A DNA stretch of 32,000 bases from Bacillota bacterium (GTDB lineage Bacteria > Bacillota > DTU025 > MWDF01), in the NCBI GenBank assembly GCA_029565935.1, contig JAKQNF010000036.1, positions 5,552 through 37,551 of the forward strand. The letters run 5' to 3'. Every line of letters starts with the position of its first letter. Within the stretch, counting starts at the first letter, position 1. This document shows positions 9,342 to 18,364 of the stretch, one piece after another. The position numbers were made by a program, and so were the translations under genes. Under the pieces are notes generated by a model. It worked only from the letters and a program-made list of their open reading frames with translations. It searched no databases and had not been told where the DNA came from.

Positions 9342-9352
9342 GAGGTGCGCAG

Positions 9353-10270
9353 ATGAGCGAAAAACATAACTATGGCGGCCAGGCCGTCCTCGAAGGCATC
9401 ATGATGAGAGGTCGCAAGGGCATGGCCGTAGCCGTCAGGAAACCAGACGGGCAGATAAGCATATACAAGAGATTCATCAAGCAAGACAACAAACCGGCGT
9501 TCCTTAAGATGCCGGTCATAAGGGGCGTCGTCAACTTCGTCGAGACTTTGGTCATAGGCATGGACGCGCTTATGTACTCCGCCAACGAGGCGACAGGGCA
9601 GGACGAGAAGCTCTCCAGCTGGGAAGTCGCCCTTACGCTCTTAGTTTCCCTGGGCCTTTTCATAGGCCTTTTCATAGTCGTCCCCAACCTAATAGTGGGC
9701 CTGGTGTCCAGGTTCATCGGCGGCGTCATACTCCTCAACCTTGTAGAGGGCATGTTGAGGCTGGTGATATTCGCCATGTACCTATATGGGATCTCCTATA
9801 TGAAGGACATCAGGAGGCTGTTCGCCTACCACGGAGCCGAACACAAGGTAATAGCCACCTATGAGGCCGACGAGCCGCTCGACAACGCGCATGTCAGGCC
9901 CCACACTACGCTGCACAAGAGGTGCGGCACGAACTTCCTGCTGATAGTCATGTTCGTCTCCATACTCACCTACTCGCTGCTTGGCAAGCAGGCGATGATA
10001 GAGCGCATCATGACGAGGATAGTCCTGCTCCCACTGGTTGCGGGGCTTGCGTACGAGCTGTTCAAGCTCGCGGCGAAGAAGGAGAACAACCCTATATTGA
10101 GGGCCGTGTCCTATCCCGGCCTTCAGCTGCAGAAGCTAACTACCAAAGAGCCGGATGACGGCATGATAGAAGTGGCGTTGGCCGCGTTCAAGGGCGCCTT
10201 GGAGATGGACGGCGAACCCGAATCAGGCCTGGGGGCATCGGTAGAAGTGGAGGAAAGGCCGGCATCATGA
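9353..10270 (+). CDS. DUF1385 (YqhQ-like) membrane protein commonly linked to prfA/prmC
   Basis: [20 protein letters not shown]..., ...YHGAEHKVI..., ...RCGTNFL..., with several TM helices. Start moved to ATG 9353 (GAGAGG upstream), because the track's 9296 start overlaps the tdk 3' end. The stop overlaps the prfA start (ATGA). Confidence 0.8.
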   Translation: MSEKHNYGGQAVLEGIMMRGRKGMAVAVRKPDGQISIYKRFIKQDNKPAFLKMPVIRGVVNFVETLVIGMDALMYSANEATGQDEKLSSWEVALTLLVSLGLFIGLFIVVPNLIVGLVSRFIGGVILLNLVEGMLRLVIFAMYLYGISYMKDIRRLFAYHGAEHKVIATYEADEPLDNAHVRPHTTLHKRCGTNFLLIVMFVSILTYSLLGKQAMIERIMTRIVLLPLVAGLAYELFKLAAKKENNPILRAVSYPGLQLQKLTTKEPDDGMIEVALAAFKGALEMDGEPESGLGASVEVEERPAS

Positions 10271-11334
10271 TAGAGAAACTGCTGGACGTGGAAAAGAGGT
10301 TCGAGGACCTCGAAGCCAGCCTTGCTTCGCCGGACGCCGTATCCGACATGGAGCTTTTCAAGAAGACGAGCAAGGCGCACTCGTCCCTGCTTCCGATAGT
10401 TGAGAGGTTCAGGCGCCTTAGGGACGTCGAAGAGCAGCTAGCCGGCGCCCAGGAGATGATGTGGCACGAGGATGACCCCGAGCTGAAGCAGATGGCCGAA
10501 GCCGAGGTGGACGAGCTCACTTCGGAGAGGGACAGGCTCACCGGCGAGCTGAAGGTGCTGTTGCTGCCAAAGGACCCGCTGGACGAGAGGAACGTAATGC
10601 TGGAGATAAGGGCCGGCACAGGAGGCGACGAGGCCGCCTTGTTCGCCGGCGACCTGCTCAGGATGTACAGTATGTACGCAGAGATAAAGGGCTGGAAAGT
10701 AGAGCAGATGAGCATGTCCGAGACGGGCCTTGGAGGTTTCAAGGAGGTCATAGTCATGATCTCCGGGAACCAGGTCTATTCCAGGCTCAAGTTCGAATCC
10801 GGCGTCCACAGGGTCCAGAGGGTGCCCGAGACGGAAGCCCAGGGCAGGATACACACGTCGGCGGCGACTGTGGCGGTGATGCCAGAGGCCGAGGAAGTCG
10901 ACGTCGAGATCAATCCCAACGATCTTAGGGTGGATGTGTTCAGATCCGGAGGTCACGGCGGCCAGAGCGTCAACATGACCGACTCGGCCGTGAGGATAAC
11001 CCACATGCCCTCGGGACTCGTCGTTCAGTGCCAGGACGAGAGGTCGCAGCTGAAGAACAAGGAGAAGGCGATGAAGGTGCTCAGGGCGCGCCTCCTGGAG
11101 AAGACGATGATCGAGCAGGAGACCAAATATTCCCAGCAGAGGAAGAGCCTCGTGGGCAGCGGGGACCGCTCGGAGAGGATCAGGACCTACAACTTCCCGC
11201 AAAACAGGGTGACTGACCACAGGATCGGGCTCACGCTTCACAGGCTGGACATGGTGATGAACGGGGACCTGGACGAGATAATAGACGCCTTGATCCTCAG
11301 CGAGCAGAGTGAGAGGCTGAAGAAGGATGAGTAG
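10267..11334 (+). CDS. prfA: Peptide chain release factor 1
   Basis: 355 aa. GGQ motif ([25 protein letters not shown]). PxT-type codon-recognition loop [17 protein letters not shown] (RF1 type, not the SPF of RF2). Confidence 0.93.
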   Translation: MIEKLLDVEKRFEDLEASLASPDAVSDMELFKKTSKAHSSLLPIVERFRRLRDVEEQLAGAQEMMWHEDDPELKQMAEAEVDELTSERDRLTGELKVLLLPKDPLDERNVMLEIRAGTGGDEAALFAGDLLRMYSMYAEIKGWKVEQMSMSETGLGGFKEVIVMISGNQVYSRLKFESGVHRVQRVPETEAQGRIHTSAATVAVMPEAEEVDVEINPNDLRVDVFRSGGHGGQSVNMTDSAVRITHMPSGLVVQCQDERSQLKNKEKAMKVLRARLLEKTMIEQETKYSQQRKSLVGSGDRSERIRTYNFPQNRVTDHRIGLTLHRLDMVMNGDLDEIIDALILSEQSERLKKDE

Positions 11335-12199
11335 CGCGGAGGGGAAAAGCACCGTGCTGGATCTTCTGAACAAGTCGGCGCGGTACTTGGCCTCCAAAGG
11401 TTCGCGATCTCCAAGGCTGGACGCCGAAGTGCTCCTGGCCGGAGTGCTCGGCTGCTCGAGGATCCAGCTCTACGTCGGATTCGACAGGGGCCTTAGCGAC
11501 GCCGAGGTGGACTCCTACAGGGAAGCGGTGATGAGGAGGGGCAGAAGGGAGCCCGTAGCTTATATAACGGGCAGGAAAGAGTTTATGGGAAGGGATTTCT
11601 CGGTAGGCAGGGGCGTACTTGTGCCGAGGCCCGAGACGGAACTGCTGGCCGAGAAGGCCATAGAGGCCCTAGTGGGGAGCGAGTGCGCGAATGCCGCGGA
11701 GATCTGCTGCGGCACCGGGGCGGCCGGGATAACCGTAGCCCTCGAAGTGCCCGGCATAAGGATGTTCCTCTCCGACATATCCGATGACGCGCTGGAGACG
11801 GCCTCTAAGAACGTAATGAAGCACGGCCTCAAGGACAGGGTAAGCGTGTTGAGGGGGGACCTTCTCGCGGCGCTGCCCGACGAGCTGAAAGGTAAGCTGG
11901 ACCTGGTGATGGCCAACCCTCCGTACATAAGGACGGGGGATATAGACGCCCTCGAGCCCGAGGTCTCGGAGCATGAGCCCCGGATGGCCCTGGACGGAGG
12001 ATCGGACGGGCTGCTGTTCTACAGGAGGATAGCGCCCGAAGCTGCCCTGTGGCTGAAACAGGGGGGCACGGTGCTGATGGAAGTAGGCTACGACCAGGCA
12101 GGAGAGGTTTCGGGCATGCTGGGCGCGTGCGGCTTCGGTTCCATAACGTCGCACAAGGACCTCCAAGGGTATGACAGGGTGGTCGCGGCGACCTTATGA
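11327..12199 (+). CDS. prmC: Release-factor glutamine N5-methyltransferase PrmC/HemK
   Basis: [19 protein letters not shown] motif, catalytic NPPY (LVMANPPYI). 8-nt overlap with the prfA stop. Confidence 0.9.
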   Translation: MSSAEGKSTVLDLLNKSARYLASKGSRSPRLDAEVLLAGVLGCSRIQLYVGFDRGLSDAEVDSYREAVMRRGRREPVAYITGRKEFMGRDFSVGRGVLVPRPETELLAEKAIEALVGSECANAAEICCGTGAAGITVALEVPGIRMFLSDISDDALETASKNVMKHGLKDRVSVLRGDLLAALPDELKGKLDLVMANPPYIRTGDIDALEPEVSEHEPRMALDGGSDGLLFYRRIAPEAALWLKQGGTVLMEVGYDQAGEVSGMLGACGFGSITSHKDLQGYDRVVAATL

Positions 12200-12212
12200 A
12201 GGAGGTTTCCCG

Positions 12213-13310
12213 ATGGATACCGTCTATGTGAACATGTCGTCCGGGATAAAGGACGAGGCCATCAAGAAGGCCGCGGGGATAATACGCTCCGGTGGCCTCG
12301 TGGCTTTTCCCACCGAGACGGTGTACGGGCTTGGCGCGAACGGTTTCGACCCCACGGCTGTAAGGAAGATATTCAAGGCGAAGGGCAGGCCCCAGGACAA
12401 CCCGCTCATACTCCACATCTCATCGATGTCGAGCCTTTACGAGCTCGCGGCAGAAGTGCCGGCGGACGCTCTCAGGCTCGCGAACATGTTCTGGCCCGGA
12501 CCGCTCACGATGGTCCTCAAGAAGAAGGACATAGTCCCGGACACCGTGACCGCCGGACTCAAGACGGTGGCCATAAGGATGCCGGCGAACGATATCGCAC
12601 TAAGGCTTATATCGGCATCCGAAGTGCCGATAGCGGCCCCTTCCGCTAACATATCCGGAAGGCCGAGCCCGACTTGCGGAGAGCACGTGATGAACGATCT
12701 GGCCGGTGTGATAGACATGGTCATCGACGGGGGGCCCACTAGGATAGGGGTCGAATCGACCGTCGTGGACATGAGCTCTAACAAGCCGTGCCTGCTAAGG
12801 CCGGGAGGGCTGGGCATCGAGGACTTGAAGCTGGTCCTTCCGGAGTTGGAGCTGGGCATGGACAACCCCGACGGCCCCGCCAGGTCGCCCGGGCTCAGGC
12901 ACAAGCACTACGCCCCGAAAGCGCCGTTGTTCTTGTACAAGGGCCCCGTGGATGAGCAGATAGCCACCATCGGCAGAGAGATGGTCTCCCTTGCCAAGAG
13001 CGCGAGCAGGGTCGGGATACTCGCCGCCTCGGGGGAGATAGAGAGGATAAGGAAGTCCGCTAGGTTGGCGGGGCTCGTCGCCAGCGACGCTCCGAGCGAA
13101 GACGCCGACATCGTATATGCGGCGACGGGAGCAAGGGAACGGATGAACGAAGTGGCATCCTCCCTCTTCTCGTGCCTTAGGCAGCTTGACCTTTCGGACG
13201 TTGACATAATCCTCGCCACCTCCTACATGGAGGAGGGCCTGGGTTTCGCCGTTATGAACAGGCTGGTAAGGGCCAGCGACGGCAGAATACTTACTGTGGA
13301 GGAAAGATGA
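12213..13310 (+). CDS. tsaC: L-threonylcarbamoyladenylate synthase, long Sua5/YwlC form (t6A biosynthesis)
   Basis: [49 protein letters not shown], plus a C-terminal Sua5 domain. GAAGGAGG (12198-12205) precedes ATG 12213. Confidence 0.88.
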   Translation: MDTVYVNMSSGIKDEAIKKAAGIIRSGGLVAFPTETVYGLGANGFDPTAVRKIFKAKGRPQDNPLILHISSMSSLYELAAEVPADALRLANMFWPGPLTMVLKKKDIVPDTVTAGLKTVAIRMPANDIALRLISASEVPIAAPSANISGRPSPTCGEHVMNDLAGVIDMVIDGGPTRIGVESTVVDMSSNKPCLLRPGGLGIEDLKLVLPELELGMDNPDGPARSPGLRHKHYAPKAPLFLYKGPVDEQIATIGREMVSLAKSASRVGILAASGEIERIRKSARLAGLVASDAPSEDADIVYAATGARERMNEVASSLFSCLRQLDLSDVDIILATSYMEEGLGFAVMNRLVRASDGRILTVEER

Positions 13311-13326
13311 CTTTCGGAGGTGCGCG

Positions 13327-14412
13327 ATGAGAATTTCCATTGGATCCGACCATGCTGGTTTCGAGCTCAGGAAGAAACTGATAGACAAGATAGTGTCGCT
13401 CGGACACGAGGCGATCGACCGCGGGCCGTACGCCTCGGCATCCGTGGACTATCCGGATTTTGCGGCCCTCGTGGCCGAGGATGTCATCAACGATAACGCG
13501 GAGCGCGGCGTCCTGGTCTGCGGAACGGGCATAGGCATGTCCATGGCCGCCAACAAAGTGCGCGGAATAAGAGCGGCGCTGGTATACGACATGGACACCG
13601 CTAAACTCTCCAGGCAGCACAATAACGCCAACATAATATGCCTCGGAGCCCGCACGCCTAGCGCGTCGATCGCGCCAGAGCTTCTGGAGACCTGGCTCGC
13701 CACGGAGTTCGAGGAAGGAAGGCACAGAAGGCGGGTCCATAAGATAGACAGCCTCGCGGCCTCGATGGAAGGCTGGGAGGGAGCCCCGAACGTGCACGTG
13801 ATCAAGCACCCTCTCATACAGCACAAGCTATGCCTGCTGCGCCAGAAGGAGACGGAGACGCGGCACTTCAGGGATCTGGTGTCCGAGATAGCCAAGCTGA
13901 TGGCATACGAGGTAACTAGGGACGTGCCCCTTTCCGAGGTCGACATAGAGACGCCGATATGCAGCACGAAGGGCAAGGTCATGGCGGGCAAGCACTTCGG
14001 CATCGTCGCAATATTGAGGGCAGGGCTGGCGATGGCGGAGTCGATGCTCGAGATAATGCCGGGCGCCAGGATGGGCCACATCGGCCTGTACAGGGACCCC
14101 CAGACGCTGAAGCCCGTGCAGTACTATGCCAAGCTGCCCAAAGACACCGCCGAAAGGAGCGTCATCCTGGTGGATCCGATGCTCGCGACGGGAGGGACGA
14201 TCGTGAAGGCGATCGACGTCCTTAAGGAAGCGGGCGCGAAGGGCATCAAGGTGGTCAGCATAGTCTCGGCCCCGGTGGGCATAAAGAAGGTATTGGAGGC
14301 GCACCCGGACGTTGAGATCTTCGTTGCCGCAGTGGACGAGAAGCTGAACGACCACGGCTACATCGTCCCCGGCCTAGGAGACGCCGGCGACAGGCTCTAC
14401 GGGACGAAGTAA
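13327..14412 (+). CDS. In-frame fusion of ribose-5-phosphate isomerase B (aa 1-~146) and uracil phosphoribosyltransferase (aa ~155-361)
   Basis: N-terminal [18 protein letters not shown]...[24 protein letters not shown]...[12 protein letters not shown] is full-length RpiB/LacAB. The C-terminal [12 protein letters not shown]...ILRAGL...[12 protein letters not shown]...[12 protein letters not shown]...[18 protein letters not shown] is full-length Upp. There is no stop between them. Confidence 0.9.
   Translation: MRISIGSDHAGFELRKKLIDKIVSLGHEAIDRGPYASASVDYPDFAALVAEDVINDNAERGVLVCGTGIGMSMAANKVRGIRAALVYDMDTAKLSRQHNNANIICLGARTPSASIAPELLETWLATEFEEGRHRRRVHKIDSLAASMEGWEGAPNVHVIKHPLIQHKLCLLRQKETETRHFRDLVSEIAKLMAYEVTRDVPLSEVDIETPICSTKGKVMAGKHFGIVAILRAGLAMAESMLEIMPGARMGHIGLYRDPQTLKPVQYYAKLPKDTAERSVILVDPMLATGGTIVKAIDVLKEAGAKGIKVVSIVSAPVGIKKVLEAHPDVEIFVAAVDEKLNDHGYIVPGLGDAGDRLYGTK
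13775..13794 (+). promoter_or_regulatory. Retained internal SD (GGGAGGGAG) plus in-frame GTG at the rpiB-upp junction
   Basis: GGGAGGGAG at 13775-13783, with 8 nt to the in-frame GTG 13792, which opens [13 protein letters not shown], the normal Upp N-terminus. An in-frame ATG also occurs at 13765. Confidence 0.45.
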
Positions 14413-14423
14413 GGAGGCCCTCT

Positions 14424-14891
14424 ATGAATTCTAGGCCTAGCTGGGACAGGTATTTCATGGAGATCGCCCGGATGGTGGCGACGAGATCCACTTGCTTAAG
14501 GCGCAGCGTAGGGGCGATAGCGGTGAACGAGCGGCGTATACTGGCCACCGGGTACAACGGCACCCCGAAGGGTCTGAGGCACTGCGATGAGGTGGGCTGC
14601 TTAAGGCAGCAGTACGATATCCCCTCTGGGCAGAGGCACGAGCTGTGCCGCGGCCTGCACGCCGAGCAGAACTGCATAATACAAGCGGCGGTGCACGGAG
14701 TCCAGCTCGAGGGCTCGACGATCTACTGCACCTTCCAGCCTTGCGTGGTGTGCGCGAAGATGCTCATCAACGCCGGCATAGTCGAGATAGTCTACGAGGG
14801 CGGCTACCCTGACGAGATGTCGGTCGGGATGCTAGAAGAGGCGGGGATAAGACTAAGGCGGCTGGTGCCCGAGGAGGAGGACGTGACATGA
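14424..14891 (+). CDS. comEB: Deoxycytidylate (dCMP) deaminase, ComEB family
   Basis: Zn motifs HAEQNCI and [22 protein letters not shown]. The stop overlaps the next start (ATGA). Confidence 0.88.
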   Translation: MNSRPSWDRYFMEIARMVATRSTCLRRSVGAIAVNERRILATGYNGTPKGLRHCDEVGCLRQQYDIPSGQRHELCRGLHAEQNCIIQAAVHGVQLEGSTIYCTFQPCVVCAKMLINAGIVEIVYEGGYPDEMSVGMLEEAGIRLRRLVPEEEDVT

Positions 14892-15943
14892 ACCTTATGG
14901 CTATAGGCTTCCTCCTGGCGACGGCCATAGCCCTGCTGCTTACGCCCGCCGTGGGCTTCCTTGCGACGAAGGCCGGCATAGTAGACGTGCCACGCGGCAG
15001 GCACATACACAAGAAGCCCGTTCCTCTAATCGGCGGAGTCGCCATCTTCGCGGCGTTCATCGTCACTGTCCTTCTCAGGCTCAGGGTCACCGGATGGGTG
15101 AGCGGCCTGGTACTCGGGTCCGGGATCATAATGCTCACCGGCATAGTGGACGACATACTGGAGCTCAAGCCCCTTGTGAAGCTGCTGGGGCAGGTCGTAG
15201 GGGCGTGCGTGATGGTGGGCATGGGCGTGAGGATGGAATTCATCTCCAACCCGTTAGGCGGGATGCTGCACATGGGATGGCTGTCCTATCCGTTCAGCGT
15301 GGTCTGGATACTCTCCTTCGTCAACGCGGTCAATTTCCTCGACGGGCTCGACGGCCTCGCCTCGGGCGTGGTAGCCATAAGCTCGTTTGCGCTGGGTTTG
15401 ATAGCCTTCGCGAAGGGGCACATAGACATAGCGATCGTCTCCGTGATACTTTCAGGCTCGTGCCTGGGCTTTCTGTGGCATAACTTCCACCCCGCCCAGA
15501 TCTTCATGGGGGACACCGGGGCGATGTTCATCGGGGCCGCCATGGGAGGAATCAGCGCGGTAGGTGCCCTTAAGGGTCCCGCGACCCTGACCATAGCCGT
15601 GCCGGTAGTGCTCATGGGAGTCGCCGTGCTGGACACGGCCCTCGCCATCTTCAGAAGGGTGAGCAAGAAGATGAGCGTAGGAGAAGGAGACGAGGAGCAC
15701 ATACACCACAGGCTGCTCAAGATGGGGCTCAACCAGAGACAGGCCGTGGGCATAATCTACGCCGTGACCATAGCTCTCGCTGTCGCGGCCTATTTCATAT
15801 CGCAGCAGGAGGCCACGTCGAAGGGCTGGTTCATAGCGTTCAGCGCATTCGCCCTCCTCATAACGCTCGGAGGCATCGCGGGCATGTTCAGGCTCGGAAG
15901 GCTCGGGCGCAAGATCAGGGAAAGGATGGCACGCAGACAATGA
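14888..15943 (+). CDS. wecA: Glycosyltransferase family 4 (MraY-like): undecaprenyl-phosphate GlcNAc-1-phosphate transferase, WecA/TagO type
   Basis: Polytopic membrane protein. [58 protein letters not shown]. Confidence 0.8.
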   Translation: MNLMAIGFLLATAIALLLTPAVGFLATKAGIVDVPRGRHIHKKPVPLIGGVAIFAAFIVTVLLRLRVTGWVSGLVLGSGIIMLTGIVDDILELKPLVKLLGQVVGACVMVGMGVRMEFISNPLGGMLHMGWLSYPFSVVWILSFVNAVNFLDGLDGLASGVVAISSFALGLIAFAKGHIDIAIVSVILSGSCLGFLWHNFHPAQIFMGDTGAMFIGAAMGGISAVGALKGPATLTIAVPVVLMGVAVLDTALAIFRRVSKKMSVGEGDEEHIHHRLLKMGLNQRQAVGIIYAVTIALAVAAYFISQQEATSKGWFIAFSAFALLITLGGIAGMFRLGRLGRKIRERMARRQ

Positions 15944-17079
15944 AGAAGGTCATGGCCGTATTCGGCACGAGGCCGGATACGATAAAGATGATGCCGGTCG
16001 TGGAGGCGGTGAGGAGCTCCTCTAAGCTTAGGCTGTTCGCTTTATCCACGGGCCAGCACAGGCAGATGCTCGACGACGTGCTGAGGGTCTTCGGCGTGGA
16101 GCCGGACATGGACCTGGACATAATGAGGCCCGACCAGAGCCTCGCGGACATAGTGACGAGGGGCCTGCCGGCGATGATGCGCGCGCTGGAGGAAATAGGG
16201 CCCGACCTGGTGCTGGTGCATGGCGACACGTCAACCGGCTTCGTGGCTTCGCTGGCCTCGTTCTACTCGGGCGTTAAAGTGGGCCACGTCGAGGCGGGGC
16301 TCAGGACGCACGACAAGCTCAACCCGTTCCCCGAGGAGATGAACAGGAAGCTAATAGGCTCCCTGGCCGACGTACATTTCGCCCCGCTCAAGACCCATAA
16401 GGACAACCTCGTCGCAGAGGGCGTGGGGCCGGATTCGGTGTTCGTCACCGGCAACACCGCGGTGGACGCCGTGCTCAATACGGCGGCCAGGGTGGACAAG
16501 CTTGAGGACGGCAAGCTTCACGATGCGGTCTACGGGCCTGGCAGGCTTCTGCTAGTCACGGCGCACAGGCGCGAGAGCATCGGTATCGGCATAAAGGGTA
16601 TCTGCGAGGCAGTAAGGTCCATACTAAGAGACTACGAGGATGTAAGGGTGCTGTTCCCCGTGCATCCTAACCCGAGGGTGTCCAAGACCGTGCACGAGAT
16701 CCTTGACGGCGTCAAAAGGTGCCACCTCACGGGCCCGATGTCATATCCGGACATGGTCATGGCCATGAAGAACGCATATTTCTGCATGAGCGATTCGGGA
16801 GGCATCCAGGAGGAGGCGCCGTCTCTGGGCAAGCCGGTGCTCGTGCTCAGGCGGGTGACCGAAAGGCCCGAGGGCGTGAGCGCCGGGACCCTTAAGCTCG
16901 CCGGGGTGGACCCGGTGCAGATAAGGAAGCTCGCCGGAAGGCTCCTAGATGACGAAGGGGAATATAATAGGATGGCAACCAGCCGCAACCCGTTCGGCGA
17001 CGGCAGGGCCTCCGAGAGGATCAAGGACGCCATACTTTACTTCTTCGGCCTGGGCCCAAGGCCCGGGGATTACGAATAG
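15940..17079 (+). CDS. wecB: UDP-N-acetylglucosamine 2-epimerase (non-hydrolysing), WecB/MnaA
   Basis: [70 protein letters not shown] overlap with wecA. Confidence 0.9.
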   Translation: MKKVMAVFGTRPDTIKMMPVVEAVRSSSKLRLFALSTGQHRQMLDDVLRVFGVEPDMDLDIMRPDQSLADIVTRGLPAMMRALEEIGPDLVLVHGDTSTGFVASLASFYSGVKVGHVEAGLRTHDKLNPFPEEMNRKLIGSLADVHFAPLKTHKDNLVAEGVGPDSVFVTGNTAVDAVLNTAARVDKLEDGKLHDAVYGPGRLLLVTAHRRESIGIGIKGICEAVRSILRDYEDVRVLFPVHPNPRVSKTVHEILDGVKRCHLTGPMSYPDMVMAMKNAYFCMSDSGGIQEEAPSLGKPVLVLRRVTERPEGVSAGTLKLAGVDPVQIRKLAGRLLDDEGEYNRMATSRNPFGDGRASERIKDAILYFFGLGPRPGDYE

Positions 17080-17103
17080 CAGAGGACCGGAGGGAATGAC
17101 GCG

Positions 17104-18360
17104 ATGGAACTGAACACCCTTGTGGTAGAAGGCGGAAGGAAGATATCGGGCACGGTCAGGGTAGGAGGGGCCAAGAACTCCTCCCTGCCGTTGATCGCCG
17201 CCGCGCTGCTGACTGCCGGCACCTCCACGATAGAGGACGTACCCAGGTTAAAGGACATCGAGACCATGCGAGGTGTCGTGGAGGCGCTCGGTGCCCGCGT
17301 GATAATGGAAGATAATGTAATGACCGTGGATTCCTCCAGCCTGAACGGGAACGAACCACCATATGACCTTGTAAGGGCCATGAGGGCGTCGTTTCTGGTC
17401 ATGGGACCCCTGCTTGCGAGGATGGGCAGCGCCCACATATTCCAGCCCGGAGGCTGCGCCATCGGTGCAAGGCCGATCGACTTACACCTGAAGGGCTTCG
17501 CCGCTTTGGGCGCGGAGATAGACATGAGCGGGGGAGTCGTGAAGGCGAAGGTCAGCGGAAGGCTCAAAGGCGAAAGGGTCTACCTGGACTTCCCAAGCGT
17601 CGGCGCGACGGAGAACATAATGATGGCGGCCGCCACTGCCGAAGGCAGGACCCTGATAGAAAACGCCGCCAGGGAGCCCGAGATAGTGGACCTTGCGAAC
17701 TTCCTAAATAAGATGGGCGCCAAGGTCAGAGGGGCCGGGACCCCGATGCTCAGGATAGACGGCGTAGACACGCTTGTCCCCTCTTCCCATACGGTCATAC
17801 CTGACAGGATAGAGGCCGGCACCTTCATGATCATAGCGGCCGGCACCCAGGGCTCTTTGTACATCGACAACGTGGTGGGCGAGCACGTGAAACCGCTTGA
17901 GGCTAAGCTGTCCGAGGCCGGGGCGCATGTGGAGACCTTCGAAGGGGCGATGCGCGTGAGCGCGGACAAGCGCCTCAAGGCCGTGGACGTGACCACCATG
18001 CCGTACCCTGGTTTCCCCACGGACATGCAAGCACAGCTCATGGCGGTGCTGTGCACGTCGGAGGGCACCTCCCAGGTGACCGAGAACGTGTTCGAGAACC
18101 GTTTCATGCATGCCCCGGAGCTTTCGAGGATGGGTGCGAACATAAAGATCAGCGGCAGGACCGCGATCATCGAAGGAGTACCGACGCTTACCGGAGCCCA
18201 AGTGAACGCTACGGACCTTAGGGCCTCGGCCGCGCTGGTCACCGCCGCGCTTACCGCCGAGGGCGAGACGCACATACATAACATCTCCCACCTCGACAGA
18301 GGATACGAGAACTTCGAGGGCCGCCTGGCCAAATGCGGCGCTCGGATGAGGAGGGAGTAG
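17104..18360 (+). CDS. murA: UDP-N-acetylglucosamine 1-carboxyvinyltransferase
   Basis: 418 aa. GAKNSSLPLIAAALL, active-site Cys loop QPGGCAIGARPIDLHLKG, YPGFPTDMQAQLM, HLDRGYENFEGRL. Confidence 0.93.
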   Translation: MELNTLVVEGGRKISGTVRVGGAKNSSLPLIAAALLTAGTSTIEDVPRLKDIETMRGVVEALGARVIMEDNVMTVDSSSLNGNEPPYDLVRAMRASFLVMGPLLARMGSAHIFQPGGCAIGARPIDLHLKGFAALGAEIDMSGGVVKAKVSGRLKGERVYLDFPSVGATENIMMAAATAEGRTLIENAAREPEIVDLANFLNKMGAKVRGAGTPMLRIDGVDTLVPSSHTVIPDRIEAGTFMIIAAGTQGSLYIDNVVGEHVKPLEAKLSEAGAHVETFEGAMRVSADKRLKAVDVTTMPYPGFPTDMQAQLMAVLCTSEGTSQVTENVFENRFMHAPELSRMGANIKISGRTAIIEGVPTLTGAQVNATDLRASAALVTAALTAEGETHIHNISHLDRGYENFEGRLAKCGARMRRE

Positions 18361-18364
18361 GCCG

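Noticed and set aside
10800-10870. RF1 codon-recognition tripeptide reads PET rather than the textbook PAT/PVT
   Set aside because: It still fits the general PxT motif of RF1, and all three stop codons are used as terminators in this window. There is no evidence for stop-codon reassignment.
10438-11397. 319-aa minus-strand ORF
   Set aside because: It runs fully antisense to the unambiguous prfA gene. It is Arg/Leu/Pro/Gly/His-rich and low in complexity, with no SD or recognisable motif. This is a typical shadow ORF in GC-rich DNA.
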